DNA of 64,000 nucleotides from Escherichia coli (GTDB lineage Bacteria; Pseudomonadota; Gammaproteobacteria; Enterobacterales; Enterobacteriaceae): NCBI RefSeq assembly GCF_045037415.1, contig NZ_CP173438.1; one strand, 5' to 3'. Shown piece by piece: positions 54,964 to 64,000 of this stretch (position 1 is its first letter; each line of letters starts with the position of its first letter). The notes under the pieces were generated by a model. It saw only the letters and a program-made list of their open reading frames with translations, ran no database searches and was not told where the DNA came from. The position numbers and the translations under genes were made by a program.

Positions 54964-55539
54964 GTGCAACGTGAAGATGTACTGGGAGAAGCCCTGAAAT
55001 TATTAGAATTACAAGGGATTGCCAACACCACGCTGGAGATGGTTGCTGAACGTGTGGATTATCCACTGGACGAGCTACGCCGCTTCTGGCCAGACAAAGA
55101 GGCAATCCTCTACGATGCGCTGCGTTATCTTAGCCAACAGATAGATGTCTGGCGTCGTCAGCTGATGCTGGACGAAACGCAAACCGCCGAACAAAAGTTG
55201 CTGGCACGTTATCAGGCGTTATCGGAGTGCGTTAAAAACAACCGCTATCCGGGCTGTCTGTTTATCGCTGCCTGTACGTTTTATCCCGATCCTGGCCACC
55301 CTATTCATCAACTGGCCGATCAGCAAAAAAGCGCGGCCTACGATTTCACCCACGAACTGTTAACCACGCTGGAAGTTGACGATCCGGCGATGGTAGCAAA
55401 GCAGATGGAACTGGTGCTGGAAGGCTGTTTAAGCCGAATGCTGGTGAATCGTAGCCAGGCGGATGTCGACACCGCACATCGGCTGGCGGAAGATATCCTG
55501 CGCTTCGCCCGCTGCCGTCAGGGTGGTGCACTGACCTGA
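54964..55539 (+). CDS. yjdC: TetR-family transcriptional regulator YjdC
   Basis: 191 aa from the GTG matching [18 protein letters not shown]; ORF track starts 8 codons upstream. Confidence 0.85.
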
Positions 55540-55645
55540 CAGAAACACAGAAAAGAAGCGATTTGCCGCAATCTTAAGCAGTTGAATCGCTTTTACTGAA
55601 ATTAGGTTGACGAGATGTGCAGATTACGGTTTAATGCGCCCCGTT

Positions 55646-55721
55646 GCCCGGATAGCTCAGTCGGTAGAGCAGGGGATTGAAAATCCCCGTGTCCTTGGTT
55701 CGATTCCGAGTCCGGGCACCA
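55646..55721 (+). tRNA. pheU: tRNA-Phe (anticodon GAA)
   Basis: GCCCGGATAGCTCAGTCGGTAGAGCAGGGGATTGAAAATCCCCGTGTCCTTGGTTCGATTCCGAGTCCGGGCACCA, 76 nt with encoded CCA. Confidence 0.96.
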
Positions 55722-55918
55722 AATTCATATCAACGGACCTCCACGGAGGTCCGTTTTTCGTTTCAGAACGCCACAATTTAAGCGTTCTACCTACAAATCA
55801 ATTCTACCGAACTCAACCAGATTCTCCCCACATCAACCCCATTGTGTGGGTATAATTGCGGGTATACCCCAGTTCGACAGAATTTGTACCCTCTTTAACG
55901 CATTCAGAAGGCTGAACT

Positions 55919-57181
55919 ATGGCACTGACTGACGCAAAAATCCGGGCTGCAAAGCCCACTGACAAGGCTTATAAACTCACTGACGGGGCCGGCATGTTCC
56001 TGCTGGTTCATCCTAATGGTTCCCGTTACTGGCGTCTCCGTTATCGTATTCTGGGTAAGGAGAAAACCCTGGCACTTGGTGTGTATCCGGAAGTTTCTCT
56101 CTCCGAAGCTCGTACAAAACGGGATGAGGCCCGAAAACTGATTTCAGAGGGGATTGACCCTTGCGAACAGAAAAGAGTTAAAAAAGTAGTCCCTGATTTA
56201 CAGCTCTCTTTTGAACATATTGCACGACGCTGGCATGCCAGTAATAAACAATGGGCACAATCACACAGCGATAAAGTACTCAAAAGCCTCGAGACACACG
56301 TTTTCCCCTTTATCGGCAACCGGGATATCACAACACTCAGTACCCCGGACCTGCTTATTCCTGTTCGTGCTGCAGAAGCAAAACAAATTTATGAAATCGC
56401 CAGTCGTCTGCAGCAAAGAATATCTGCTGTAATGCGTTACGCCGTACAGTCTGGCATCATCAGATATAACCCGGCTCTGGATATGGCTGGTGCATTGACC
56501 ACGGTAAAACGCCAGCATCGCCCCGCTCTTGATCTTTCTCGCCTGCCTGAACTTTTGTCGCGTATTAGCAGTTACAAGGGGCAACCTGTCACCCAGCTTG
56601 CCGTTATGCTGAATTTACTGGTTTTTATTCGTTCCAGTGAACTCAGATACGCCCGGTGGTCTGAAATTGATATTGACAATGCCATGTGGACTATTCCAGC
56701 CGAACGCGAACCTCTGCCCGGCGTAAAATTCTCACACCGGGGCTCCAAGATGCGAACACCACATCTTGTGCCACTCAGCAAACAGGCTGTAGCCATACTG
56801 ACAGAACTTCAGACATGGGCTGGTGAAAATGGTCTGATATTTACGGGTGCACATGACCCGCGTAAACCAATCAGTGAAAATACTGTAAATAAGGCCCTGA
56901 GGGTGATGGGGTATGACACAACCCAGGAAGTCTGTGGCCATGGATTCCGGGCGATGGCGTGCAGTGCATTGATTGAATCAGGTTTGTGGTCCCGCGATGC
57001 TGTGGAACGTCAGATGAGCCATCAGGAGCGTAATGGTGTACGTGCTGCGTATATCCATAAAGCAGAACATCTGGAAGAACGGCGACTGATGTTGCAATGG
57101 TGGGCCGATTTTCTGGATGCGAACCGGGAGAAGGGTATCAGTCCGTTTGAATATGCAAAGATTAACAATCCATTAAAATAG
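55919..57181 (+). mobile_element. P4-family tyrosine integrase (site-specific recombinase) of a pheU-inserted genomic island
   Basis: 420 aa; N-terminal arm-binding domain (MALTDAKIRAAKPTDKAYKLTDGAGMFLLVHPNGSRYWRLRYR); C-terminal catalytic HxxR (HGFRAMA) and Tyr (...RAAYIH); ~200 bp downstream of the tRNA-Phe 3' end. Confidence 0.9.
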
Positions 57182-57183
57182 TA

Positions 57184-57212
57184 AGCAGTCCGGGCTGATT
57201 GCCCGGACTGCT
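57184..57212 (+). terminator. hairpin immediately after the integrase stop codon
   Basis: agcagtccgggc-tgatt-gcccggactgct, 12-bp perfect stem, followed by a T-rich tract. Confidence 0.55.
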
Positions 57213-57557
57213 TTAACTGATTATTTTTCTTTGTAAATGATGACGAAGATTGATGTTCTGACAAGTTACTCCGGCGTCCATTAAAGTCCCTTCGTCATGT
57301 TCTTCAGGCTATTTATGACTGTGATTAGCACCAGGAATATCTGGTTTCCATGAGAGCAGGTAATAACCCCCGGTGTTTTCGGCTGTTCTGGTATCCTTGT
57401 CCAACACAGGCAGTCATTATAAACGGTAAAAAATGTATTCACTGTTATGAAATCAATAGTCCTGACGTACTGTTGAATGTGCTTGTGTTCTGAACCTTGT
57501 ACAACCAGTACATTTGATACCGAATTATAAACAAAACATTGCATCCAACTTTTTCAA

Positions 57558-57578
57558 TATGGACAATAGTTGTCCATA
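57558..57578. promoter_or_regulatory. perfect palindrome (candidate operator) upstream of the helicase-nuclease gene
   Basis: tatggacaa-tag-ttgtccata: 9-bp arms around a 3-bp centre, 55 bp upstream of the ATG at 57633, inside an AT-rich intergenic region. Confidence 0.4.
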
Positions 57579-57632
57579 CGGTGGTTTTATATTCGATAAA
57601 TCAATGGATTTCATTGAGTCACAGGACTGGTA

Positions 57633-57950
57633 ATGGATGAAAATGCTTTAGGGTTTACCTCATACTGGCGCAACTCGCTTGCGGATGCTGAGTCAGGAAA
57701 GGGCAGTTTTGAACGGAAAGACGCCAAAAATTTCACTCACTGGCATGGGATAGCGGCGGGACGTCTTGACGAAGCGATTGTCAGTAAATTTTTTAAGGGA
57801 GAAAAAGACGATGTCGAAACGGTCGATGTCATCTTGCGCCCAAAAGTTTATTTCCGGTTATTGCAGCATGGTAAGGACCGTTCTGCAGGTGCGCCTGATA
57901 TTGTTACCCCGATAGTGACGCCAGCCTTGCTAAGCCGTGAGGGTTTTTTA
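57633..57950 (+). pseudogene. N-terminal segment of the helicase-nuclease gene, separated from the main ORF by a -1 frame change
   Basis: Frame-0 ORF 57633..58187 reads as plausible protein up to ...[16 protein letters not shown] and then becomes Arg-rich low-complexity; the frame holding the 1050-aa ORF opens at 57941 right after a TGA. Adding one T to the T6 run (57944-57949) gives one continuous ORF 57633..61147. Confidence 0.6.
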
Positions 57951-57994
57951 TATCCGACGCCAGCGACCTCCATTCCCAGAACCTGCTTGAACCT

Positions 57995-60900
57995 TTGCCA
58001 AAAGGAGCATTTTCGATTGGTGAGATTGGGCAGTATGACAAATACAAGACGACCCATACCACGTTCTCTATCAACTTTGATGACAGCGTTGATAAGACTG
58101 CCGAAACGGATGAAGAACGGGAAGCACGATATGCCGCCTTGCAGCAGGAGTGGCGTCAATATCTGTATGACTCAGAGAGGCTACTGAAGAGCGTTGCCGG
58201 CGACTGGATTGAAAAACCTGAGCAATATGAACTCGCTGAGCACGGTTATATTGTTAAAACGGCTCAATCTGGCGGTGCCAGTTTCCATATCCTTTCTCTT
58301 TATGATCACCTGCTTGTTTGCAATAAGGATGTGCCGCTCTTCAATCGCTTCGCCTCGCGAGAGGTTCATGCTGCAGAGTCTTTGCTGGCCCCTGGAGCAA
58401 AATTCAGCGACAGGCTTGGACACTCCGGAGATAAGTTTCCGCTGGCAAAGGCTCAGCGCGATGCCTTAAGCCATTTTCTGGATGCTAGACATGGCGATAT
58501 CCTTGCTGTTAATGGCCCTCCGGGAACCGGAAAAACCACGCTGGTGCTTTCTATCATCGCCACGCAGTGGGCCAGAGCGGCTCTCGAAAAATCTGAGCCT
58601 CCGGTTATTATCGCGACTTCAACGAATAACCAGGCTGTAACGAACATTATTGAGGCATTCGGGAAAGACTTTTCGCAAGGTTCAGGTGCGATGGCCGGGC
58701 GATGGTTGCCAGAGCTGAAAAGCTTCGGCGCTTATTTTCCCTCAAGCAGCCGTAAAGCTGAAGCAGCCAAAAAATATCAAACTGAAGATTTCTTCAACCA
58801 GGTTGAGTCAAAAGAGTATGTAGAAGATGCACTGCTGTTTTATCTCGAGAAAGCTAAGGCAGCTTTTCCTGAAAAAGAGTGTTCATCCCCTGAAAAGGTC
58901 ATTGAACTCCTGCATGGTCAGTTGGCAGCAAAATCCGAGCAACTGATAAGACTGAACGCAACATGGCAAACGTTAAGCCAGGTATGGGCTGCGCGTGAGC
59001 TTATTGCTAACGACATTGAGCAATATCTCGATAATTTAAATAAATTACTTTCCGGACAAGAACAAAAAATCACTCTACTGAAAAGTGCTAAAACGGAATG
59101 GAAAAAATATCGCGCCGGTGAATCACTGATCTATTCATTATTTTCCTGGCTCCCGGCGGTTCGCAGTAAGCGACAGTACCAAATACAACTGTTTCTCGAA
59201 GATAAATTAGGGGCGCTGATTGCAGGAAATCAGTGGTCTGATCCTGAAACTATCGAACGTAATATTGATGGGCTGCTCAATTCCGCTGAGCGCGAGCAAA
59301 CAACATACCGGCAGCAGATTGACTCCGCCCATGAAATCATTCTTAAAGAACAGCAGGCGGTTCAGGAGTGGCAGAGACTGGCTCTTGATTTAGGGTATGA
59401 GGGCGACGAGGAACTGAGCTTCTCACAGGCCGATGAACTGGCTGATACGCAGATTCGCTTCCCTGCATTTTTACTGACGACTCACTACTGGGAAGGTCGT
59501 TGGCTGATGGATATGGCCAGCATTGATGATCTGCAGGAAGAGAAGAAGAAAAAAGGCGCTAAAGGGGTAACCGCCCGTTGGCAACGTCGAATGAAACTCA
59601 CTCCATGTGTGGTGATGACATGCTATATGCTGCCCGGCAATATGCAGATAAGTGAGCACAAAGGACAGCGTAAATTCGAGAAAAGTTATTTGTATGATTT
59701 TGCCGATTTACTCATTGTCGATGAAGCCGGGCAGGTGCTTCCTGAAGTGGCTGCTGCCTCGTTTGCATTAGCTAAGAAGGCATTAGTGATTGGCGATACG
59801 GAGCAGCTCCCGCCAATATGGAGTATTGCTCCTGCGATTGATGTCGGTAACATGCTGGCGGAAAAAATTCTGTCTGGCAGTACGCAAGAAGAGATTACCG
59901 AGAAATATACGGCAATCGCAGACCTTGGTAAAAGTGCCGCATCTGGCAGCGTTATGAAAATAGCGCAGTTTGCTTCACGCTATCAATATGATCCCGAACT
60001 GGCTCGTGGTATGTACCTATATGAACACCGCCGGTGCTACGACAATATTATTGGATACTGTAATACGCTCTGCTATCACGGTAAGTTGTTGCCTAAAAGA
60101 GGGCGTGAAGAGAGCAATTTAATGCCCGAAATGGGGTATCTCCATATTGATGGTAAAGGTGAGCTGGCAAGTAGTGGAAGTCGATATAATTTGCTTGAGG
60201 CTGAAACGATAGCGGTCTGGTTGGCAGAGAACCAGCAAAATATTGAAGCGCATTACGGTAAATCGCTTCATGAAGTTGTCGGTATCGTGACGCCTTTTAG
60301 CGCTCAGGTATCCACTATCAAACAGGTGCTGGGCAAACAAGGTATCAGTACAGGCGCGAATGAAAAATCGCGCACAGTGGGCACCGTGCACTCTCTTCAG
60401 GGAGCGGAAAGAGCGATTGTGATATTCTCGCCAGTCTATTCAAAACATGAAGACGGCGGGTTTATTGATAGCGATAACAGCATGCTGAATGTTGCAGTCT
60501 CCCGTGCGAAGGACAGTTTTCTGGTCTTCGGCGATATGGACCTGTTTGAGGTCCAGCCAGCCTCATCTCCACGGGGATTACTGGCAAAATACCTCTTTGA
60601 GTCAGAGAAGAATGCGCTCTCTTTTGATTATAAAGAGCGTAAGGATTTAAAAACCGCCGGGACCAAAATCTACACACTTCATGGTGTGGAGCAACATGAT
60701 AATTTCCTGAATCAGACATTTGAAAATACCAGTAAACACATCATGATAGTTTCTCCATGGCTGACCTGGCAAAGGCTGGAGCAAACCGGTTTTCTTGATT
60801 CCATGATTGCGGCGTGTTCACGTGGAGTTAACGTCACGATAGTCACTGACAGAAGCTACAACACTGAACATAATGATTTTGAGAAGCGAAAAGAGAAGCA

Positions 60901-61147
60901 GCAAAACTTTAAAGCGGCGCTGGAGAAACTGAATGCGCTGGGTATTGCTACAAAGCTGGTAAACCGTGTTCATAGCAAAATTGTTATTGGTGATGATGGT
61001 TTGCTGTGCGTGGGATCGTTCAACTGGTTTAGTGCGACACGGGAAGCGCGATATGAACGATACGATACCTCAATGGTTTATTGCGGTGATAACCTGAAGG
61101 GTGAGGTTGAGGCTATTTATAATAGTCTTGAGAGGCGTCAGGTTTAG
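57995..61147 (+). CDS. SF1B (Upf1-like) helicase fused to a C-terminal PLD-family (HKD) nuclease; candidate single-protein anti-phage defence gene
   Basis: 1050-aa ORF with Walker A GPPGTGKT (~58514), motif II DEAGQ (59720), motif [11 protein letters not shown], motifs V/VI ([34 protein letters not shown]) and a C-terminal HxK(x)4D(x)6GSxN motif ([19 protein letters not shown], from 60971). No in-frame ATG near the 5' end; the nearest start is TTG at 57995. Confidence 0.85.
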   Translation: MPKGAFSIGEIGQYDKYKTTHTTFSINFDDSVDKTAETDEEREARYAALQQEWRQYLYDSERLLKSVAGDWIEKPEQYELAEHGYIVKTAQSGGASFHILSLYDHLLVCNKDVPLFNRFASREVHAAESLLAPGAKFSDRLGHSGDKFPLAKAQRDALSHFLDARHGDILAVNGPPGTGKTTLVLSIIATQWARAALEKSEPPVIIATSTNNQAVTNIIEAFGKDFSQGSGAMAGRWLPELKSFGAYFPSSSRKAEAAKKYQTEDFFNQVESKEYVEDALLFYLEKAKAAFPEKECSSPEKVIELLHGQLAAKSEQLIRLNATWQTLSQVWAARELIANDIEQYLDNLNKLLSGQEQKITLLKSAKTEWKKYRAGESLIYSLFSWLPAVRSKRQYQIQLFLEDKLGALIAGNQWSDPETIERNIDGLLNSAEREQTTYRQQIDSAHEIILKEQQAVQEWQRLALDLGYEGDEELSFSQADELADTQIRFPAFLLTTHYWEGRWLMDMASIDDLQEEKKKKGAKGVTARWQRRMKLTPCVVMTCYMLPGNMQISEHKGQRKFEKSYLYDFADLLIVDEAGQVLPEVAAASFALAKKALVIGDTEQLPPIWSIAPAIDVGNMLAEKILSGSTQEEITEKYTAIADLGKSAASGSVMKIAQFASRYQYDPELARGMYLYEHRRCYDNIIGYCNTLCYHGKLLPKRGREESNLMPEMGYLHIDGKGELASSGSRYNLLEAETIAVWLAENQQNIEAHYGKSLHEVVGIVTPFSAQVSTIKQVLGKQGISTGANEKSRTVGTVHSLQGAERAIVIFSPVYSKHEDGGFIDSDNSMLNVAVSRAKDSFLVFGDMDLFEVQPASSPRGLLAKYLFESEKNALSFDYKERKDLKTAGTKIYTLHGVEQHDNFLNQTFENTSKHIMIVSPWLTWQRLEQTGFLDSMIAACSRGVNVTIVTDRSYNTEHNDFEKRKEKQQNFKAALEKLNALGIATKLVNRVHSKIVIGDDGLLCVGSFNWFSATREARYERYDTSMVYCGDNLKGEVEAIYNSLERRQV

Positions 61148-61163
61148 AGCAGGAATGGTGAGT

Positions 61164-61200
61164 AGCCATCTTACCGATTGTTTTCGAGCGTAAGATGGCT
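61164..61200 (+). terminator. hairpin downstream of the helicase-nuclease gene
   Basis: agccatctta-(17 nt)-taagatggct, 10-bp perfect inverted repeat starting 17 nt after the stop codon. Confidence 0.5.
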
Positions 61201-61255
61201 GAATGGAATGGCTATTATTGCACGGTCCTTAATTATAACATTCATACCGACATGA

Positions 61256-62755
61256 TTATCTTCTGTCCGGAAGAATCAGAGGCTGCGGTTTCAGACTGTC
61301 TGCCGGTACATTCCTCTCCCCGTTAAAAACCATAACGGGTTCATTATCTTCGTCTGTCAGCGGATTGAATGGCGGTATATTTTCAGTACGAATGCCGGTC
61401 AGCCACTGAAAAATACCTGCGAAATGACGGGCACTGATTTTTCTGCTGACGGACTGATGAGACGTGATGTCACTGGCGGTAATAATCAGGGGAACGCTGT
61501 AGCCTCCCTGCACATGACCATCATGATGAACAGGATTAGCACTGTCGCTGACCGACAGACCATGGTCAGAAAAGTAAAGCATGGCAAAATGACGGGAATG
61601 CCGGCGAAGGATACCATCAAGCTGACCGAGAAAGTTATCCAGTTTACTGATGCTGGCGAGGTAACAGGCAACCTTTCGGGGATACTGCTCCAGGTAATGA
61701 TTCGGCCAGGAGTGAAGCCGGTCACACGGGTTTGGATGAGACCCCATCATGTGCAGGAAAATCACCTTCGGAGAGGATTTATCCGCCAGTGCACGTTCTG
61801 TTTCCTGTAACAACAACATGTCATCCGTTTTACGGGAAGCAAAGCTGCCTTTCTTGAGGAAAACGGTATGCTCCGCATCAGAAGCAATAACAGAGATGCG
61901 TGTATCATGCTCCCCCAGTTTTCCCTGATTGGATATCCACCATGTGCTGTATCCTGCTTTTGCTGCCAGCGCCACCACGTTGTTGCCGGAATCAGGGTTC
62001 TGCTCATAGTCATAAATCAGTGTCCGGCTCAGGGAAGGCACAGTACTGGCTGCTGCCGATGTATAACCGTCAATAAATAAACCGGGAGCCGTATTCAGCC
62101 ACGGTGTGGTTGGCACAGGATAGCCATATACCGACATATAATCCCTGCGCACACTCTCACCAGTGACGATAACAATCGTGTCATACAACGGTACACCCGG
62201 CAGGATTTTCCAGTTGTCAGCCCCGTGCTGATTCAGTTGTTTATAACGCTGCATTTCACGCAATGTGTCAGTTGTCCCCACAACAATTCCTTTAACCATC
62301 CGCAACGGCCAGCTGTTTACTGAGCATAATACGAACAGCAGCAGTGCCAGCCAGTTACGGTGACCGCGGTGGTGTGTTCGCCAGAAAATCACCATGAATA
62401 CCAGAATCGCGGCACTGACCAGAAAATGATAAACAGGAATCATCCCGGTAAACTCCGCTGCCTCATCAGTTGTGGTCTGCAACAACGCGACAATAAAACT
62501 GTTGTTGATTTTACCGTACGTCATACCGGCAGGCGCATACAGTGCACAACAGAACAGAAATAACAGCGCTGTAATGGATGTGAGGGTATTTCTGTGTGCA
62601 AGGAGCAGAAGGAGAAACAGAAGCAGCACATTTCCTGTTGCATTCTTCTCAGTGTATCCGCATGCAATTGTGGTTATTGCAGAAACAACAAAAAAGAATA
62701 AAAACAATAAAATCCGGGGGGTGTTTCCCGGACAAAACAGTTTTCTGATATTCAT
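61256..62755 (-). CDS. sulfatase-family membrane protein, phosphoethanolamine-transferase-like (EptA/OpgE/YhbX family)
   Basis: 499 aa; N-terminal polytopic membrane domain (Leu/Phe-rich helices) plus C-terminal alkaline-phosphatase/sulfatase-like domain (DTIVIVTGESVRRDYMSVYGY..., HMMGSHPNPCDR...). Confidence 0.8.
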   Translation of the reverse strand: MNIRKLFCPGNTPRILLFLFFFVVSAITTIACGYTEKNATGNVLLLFLLLLLAHRNTLTSITALLFLFCCALYAPAGMTYGKINNSFIVALLQTTTDEAAEFTGMIPVYHFLVSAAILVFMVIFWRTHHRGHRNWLALLLFVLCSVNSWPLRMVKGIVVGTTDTLREMQRYKQLNQHGADNWKILPGVPLYDTIVIVTGESVRRDYMSVYGYPVPTTPWLNTAPGLFIDGYTSAAASTVPSLSRTLIYDYEQNPDSGNNVVALAAKAGYSTWWISNQGKLGEHDTRISVIASDAEHTVFLKKGSFASRKTDDMLLLQETERALADKSSPKVIFLHMMGSHPNPCDRLHSWPNHYLEQYPRKVACYLASISKLDNFLGQLDGILRRHSRHFAMLYFSDHGLSVSDSANPVHHDGHVQGGYSVPLIITASDITSHQSVSRKISARHFAGIFQWLTGIRTENIPPFNPLTDEDNEPVMVFNGERNVPADSLKPQPLILPDRR

Positions 62756-62935
62756 CGGAGTATATCGACAACATTATTATGAAGAGAACAGGATAATAAA
62801 AATCAGAATTATCTGTAAAACAGATAACAGACAACCCTGCAGTAATAGACTGCAGGGTATTTCTGTTTAATTGCAGAAGATATGCAATTATCTTAATTAC
62901 AGAATATACGCAATTATCGTTCAGGAGCAGTGTCG

Positions 62936-63676
62936 TCAGAAGTTATAAGTCATACCAAGCATGATGTCATGACTTTTAACATCAACTTCTGACTTATATT
63001 TATCGCCCCACTCGTCCTTGTAACTCACACTGCTGTCACCTGCATCAAGATAGCGATAGCTGAGGTCCAGAGCGATATCCGGGGTTACGTCATAGCGGAC
63101 ACCCGCGCCAAGGCTCCATGCGAAGTTGTCAGCAGAGCCTGAACGTGACAACGATTCGCGACCACTGCTTCCGTACTCATAATCCCAGGTACTGATACCG
63201 GTTGTTTTCTGGTGAATTCTGGCGTAGCCAATCCCTGCGGATACCCATGGTGTGAATGCGCTGTCATTCCGGAAGTCATAGTACGCATTCAGCATTAGTG
63301 TGTTGACTGACACCTCATTCTTCAGGTCATCACGCCAGTAACCACCTGACCAGCTGTCTTTATCTACGTTATACTTCGAATCAGCTTTTCCACGAGCGTA
63401 AAACTCCAGTTCTGTACGAACCGGAATACTGAACTGCGGATAAAAATCATAACCGACCGCAATACCGCCACTGAATACCGTATCATGGTCATCGCCGCCT
63501 TTATACTTTGATGTTTCTTCCTCATCTCCTGACAGGAAACGCTGGTCTGAAAGTGACATCACAGAGGCACCGGCTTTACCGGTCAGATAAAAACCGCTTT
63601 TACCTTCCTTTGCTCCTGCATTTACTGCAAATACACAGGCTGCGGCCACCACTGAAACAACAAAAACCTTATTCAT
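62936..63676 (-). CDS. outer-membrane beta-barrel protein (OmpA-like barrel / Ail-OmpX-PagC-like)
   Basis: Signal peptide (MNKVFVVSVVAAACVFAVNAGA), alternating aromatic/polar strands, C-terminal ...LGMTYNF ending in Phe as in OM barrel proteins; start assumed at the Met of MNKVF (ORF track starts 5 codons upstream). Confidence 0.75.
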   Translation of the reverse strand: MNKVFVVSVVAAACVFAVNAGAKEGKSGFYLTGKAGASVMSLSDQRFLSGDEEETSKYKGGDDHDTVFSGGIAVGYDFYPQFSIPVRTELEFYARGKADSKYNVDKDSWSGGYWRDDLKNEVSVNTLMLNAYYDFRNDSAFTPWVSAGIGYARIHQKTTGISTWDYEYGSSGRESLSRSGSADNFAWSLGAGVRYDVTPDIALDLSYRYLDAGDSSVSYKDEWGDKYKSEVDVKSHDIMLGMTYNF

Positions 63677-64000
63677 TTCAATTATCTCCATTATTGTATC
63701 ATCATTTTAATATATATTTTTAATATTTAAAAACCGGACTAAAGGCAGCCTCAACACTCCACACTACGGAAGCCAGACTTTTACTCTACACAAAATAAAT
63801 ATATCTTCTCAGTGAGGACGTGAACGCCTGTCTGAAATTATGTGAATACAACCTCCCCAGAATACAAACAGGCAGGGGCACTGGAGTAACCGATCACAAT
63901 ACTTCTGCCTTTTTATATTTTACCGATAATCTCCGTTTAATATAGTTCTTACCGATTTCATAATCGGGGTTCCATGTAGATAAATTATGAACACCTATTG

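Noticed and set aside
55722-55918. Possible att site (direct repeat of the tRNA-Phe 3' end) inside the window
   Set aside because: I could not find a second copy of the 3'-terminal tRNA-Phe sequence (ttcgattccgagtccgggcacca) anywhere else in the window; the distal att repeat presumably lies beyond position 64000.
57281-57544. 87-aa minus-strand ORF in the integrase/helicase intergenic region
   Set aside because: AT-rich DNA, no ribosome-binding site recognised, unconvincing composition; more likely promoter/regulatory DNA. Not excluded as a small protein.
57950-58187. Continuation of the frame-0 ORF beyond the frame-change region (…[30 protein letters not shown]…)
   Set aside because: Low-complexity Arg-rich sequence in the same nucleotides where the other frame encodes a coherent helicase N-terminal region; taken as out-of-frame read-through, not a real C-terminus.

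Overview
The window is an Escherichia coli-type chromosomal segment, in reverse-complement orientation relative to the usual K-12 map. About 55.7 kb is conserved core backbone running from ulaG/ulaR to yjdC and tRNA-Phe (pheU), with every core gene apparently intact at the expected length. Directly after the 3' end of pheU (from ~55,722 to the window end) the sequence departs from the K-12 arrangement as I remember it, where cadC would follow. Instead there is a P4-type tyrosine integrase followed by a very large gene encoding a Superfamily-1B (Upf1-like) helicase fused to a C-terminal phospholipase-D (HKD) nuclease domain. This is the most interesting locus: it looks like a single-protein helicase-nuclease anti-phage defence candidate, and its architecture resembles what I recall of type II Mokosh. 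The gene appears to be split into a 184-aa and a 1050-aa ORF by a -1 frame change, probably at a T6 homopolymer. A sulfatase-family phosphoethanolamine-transferase-like gene and an outer-membrane beta-barrel gene follow on the opposite strand; the far island boundary lies outside the window. No CRISPR array or insertion sequence was seen. All gene names are from recognition of the translated ORFs, not from any database search.
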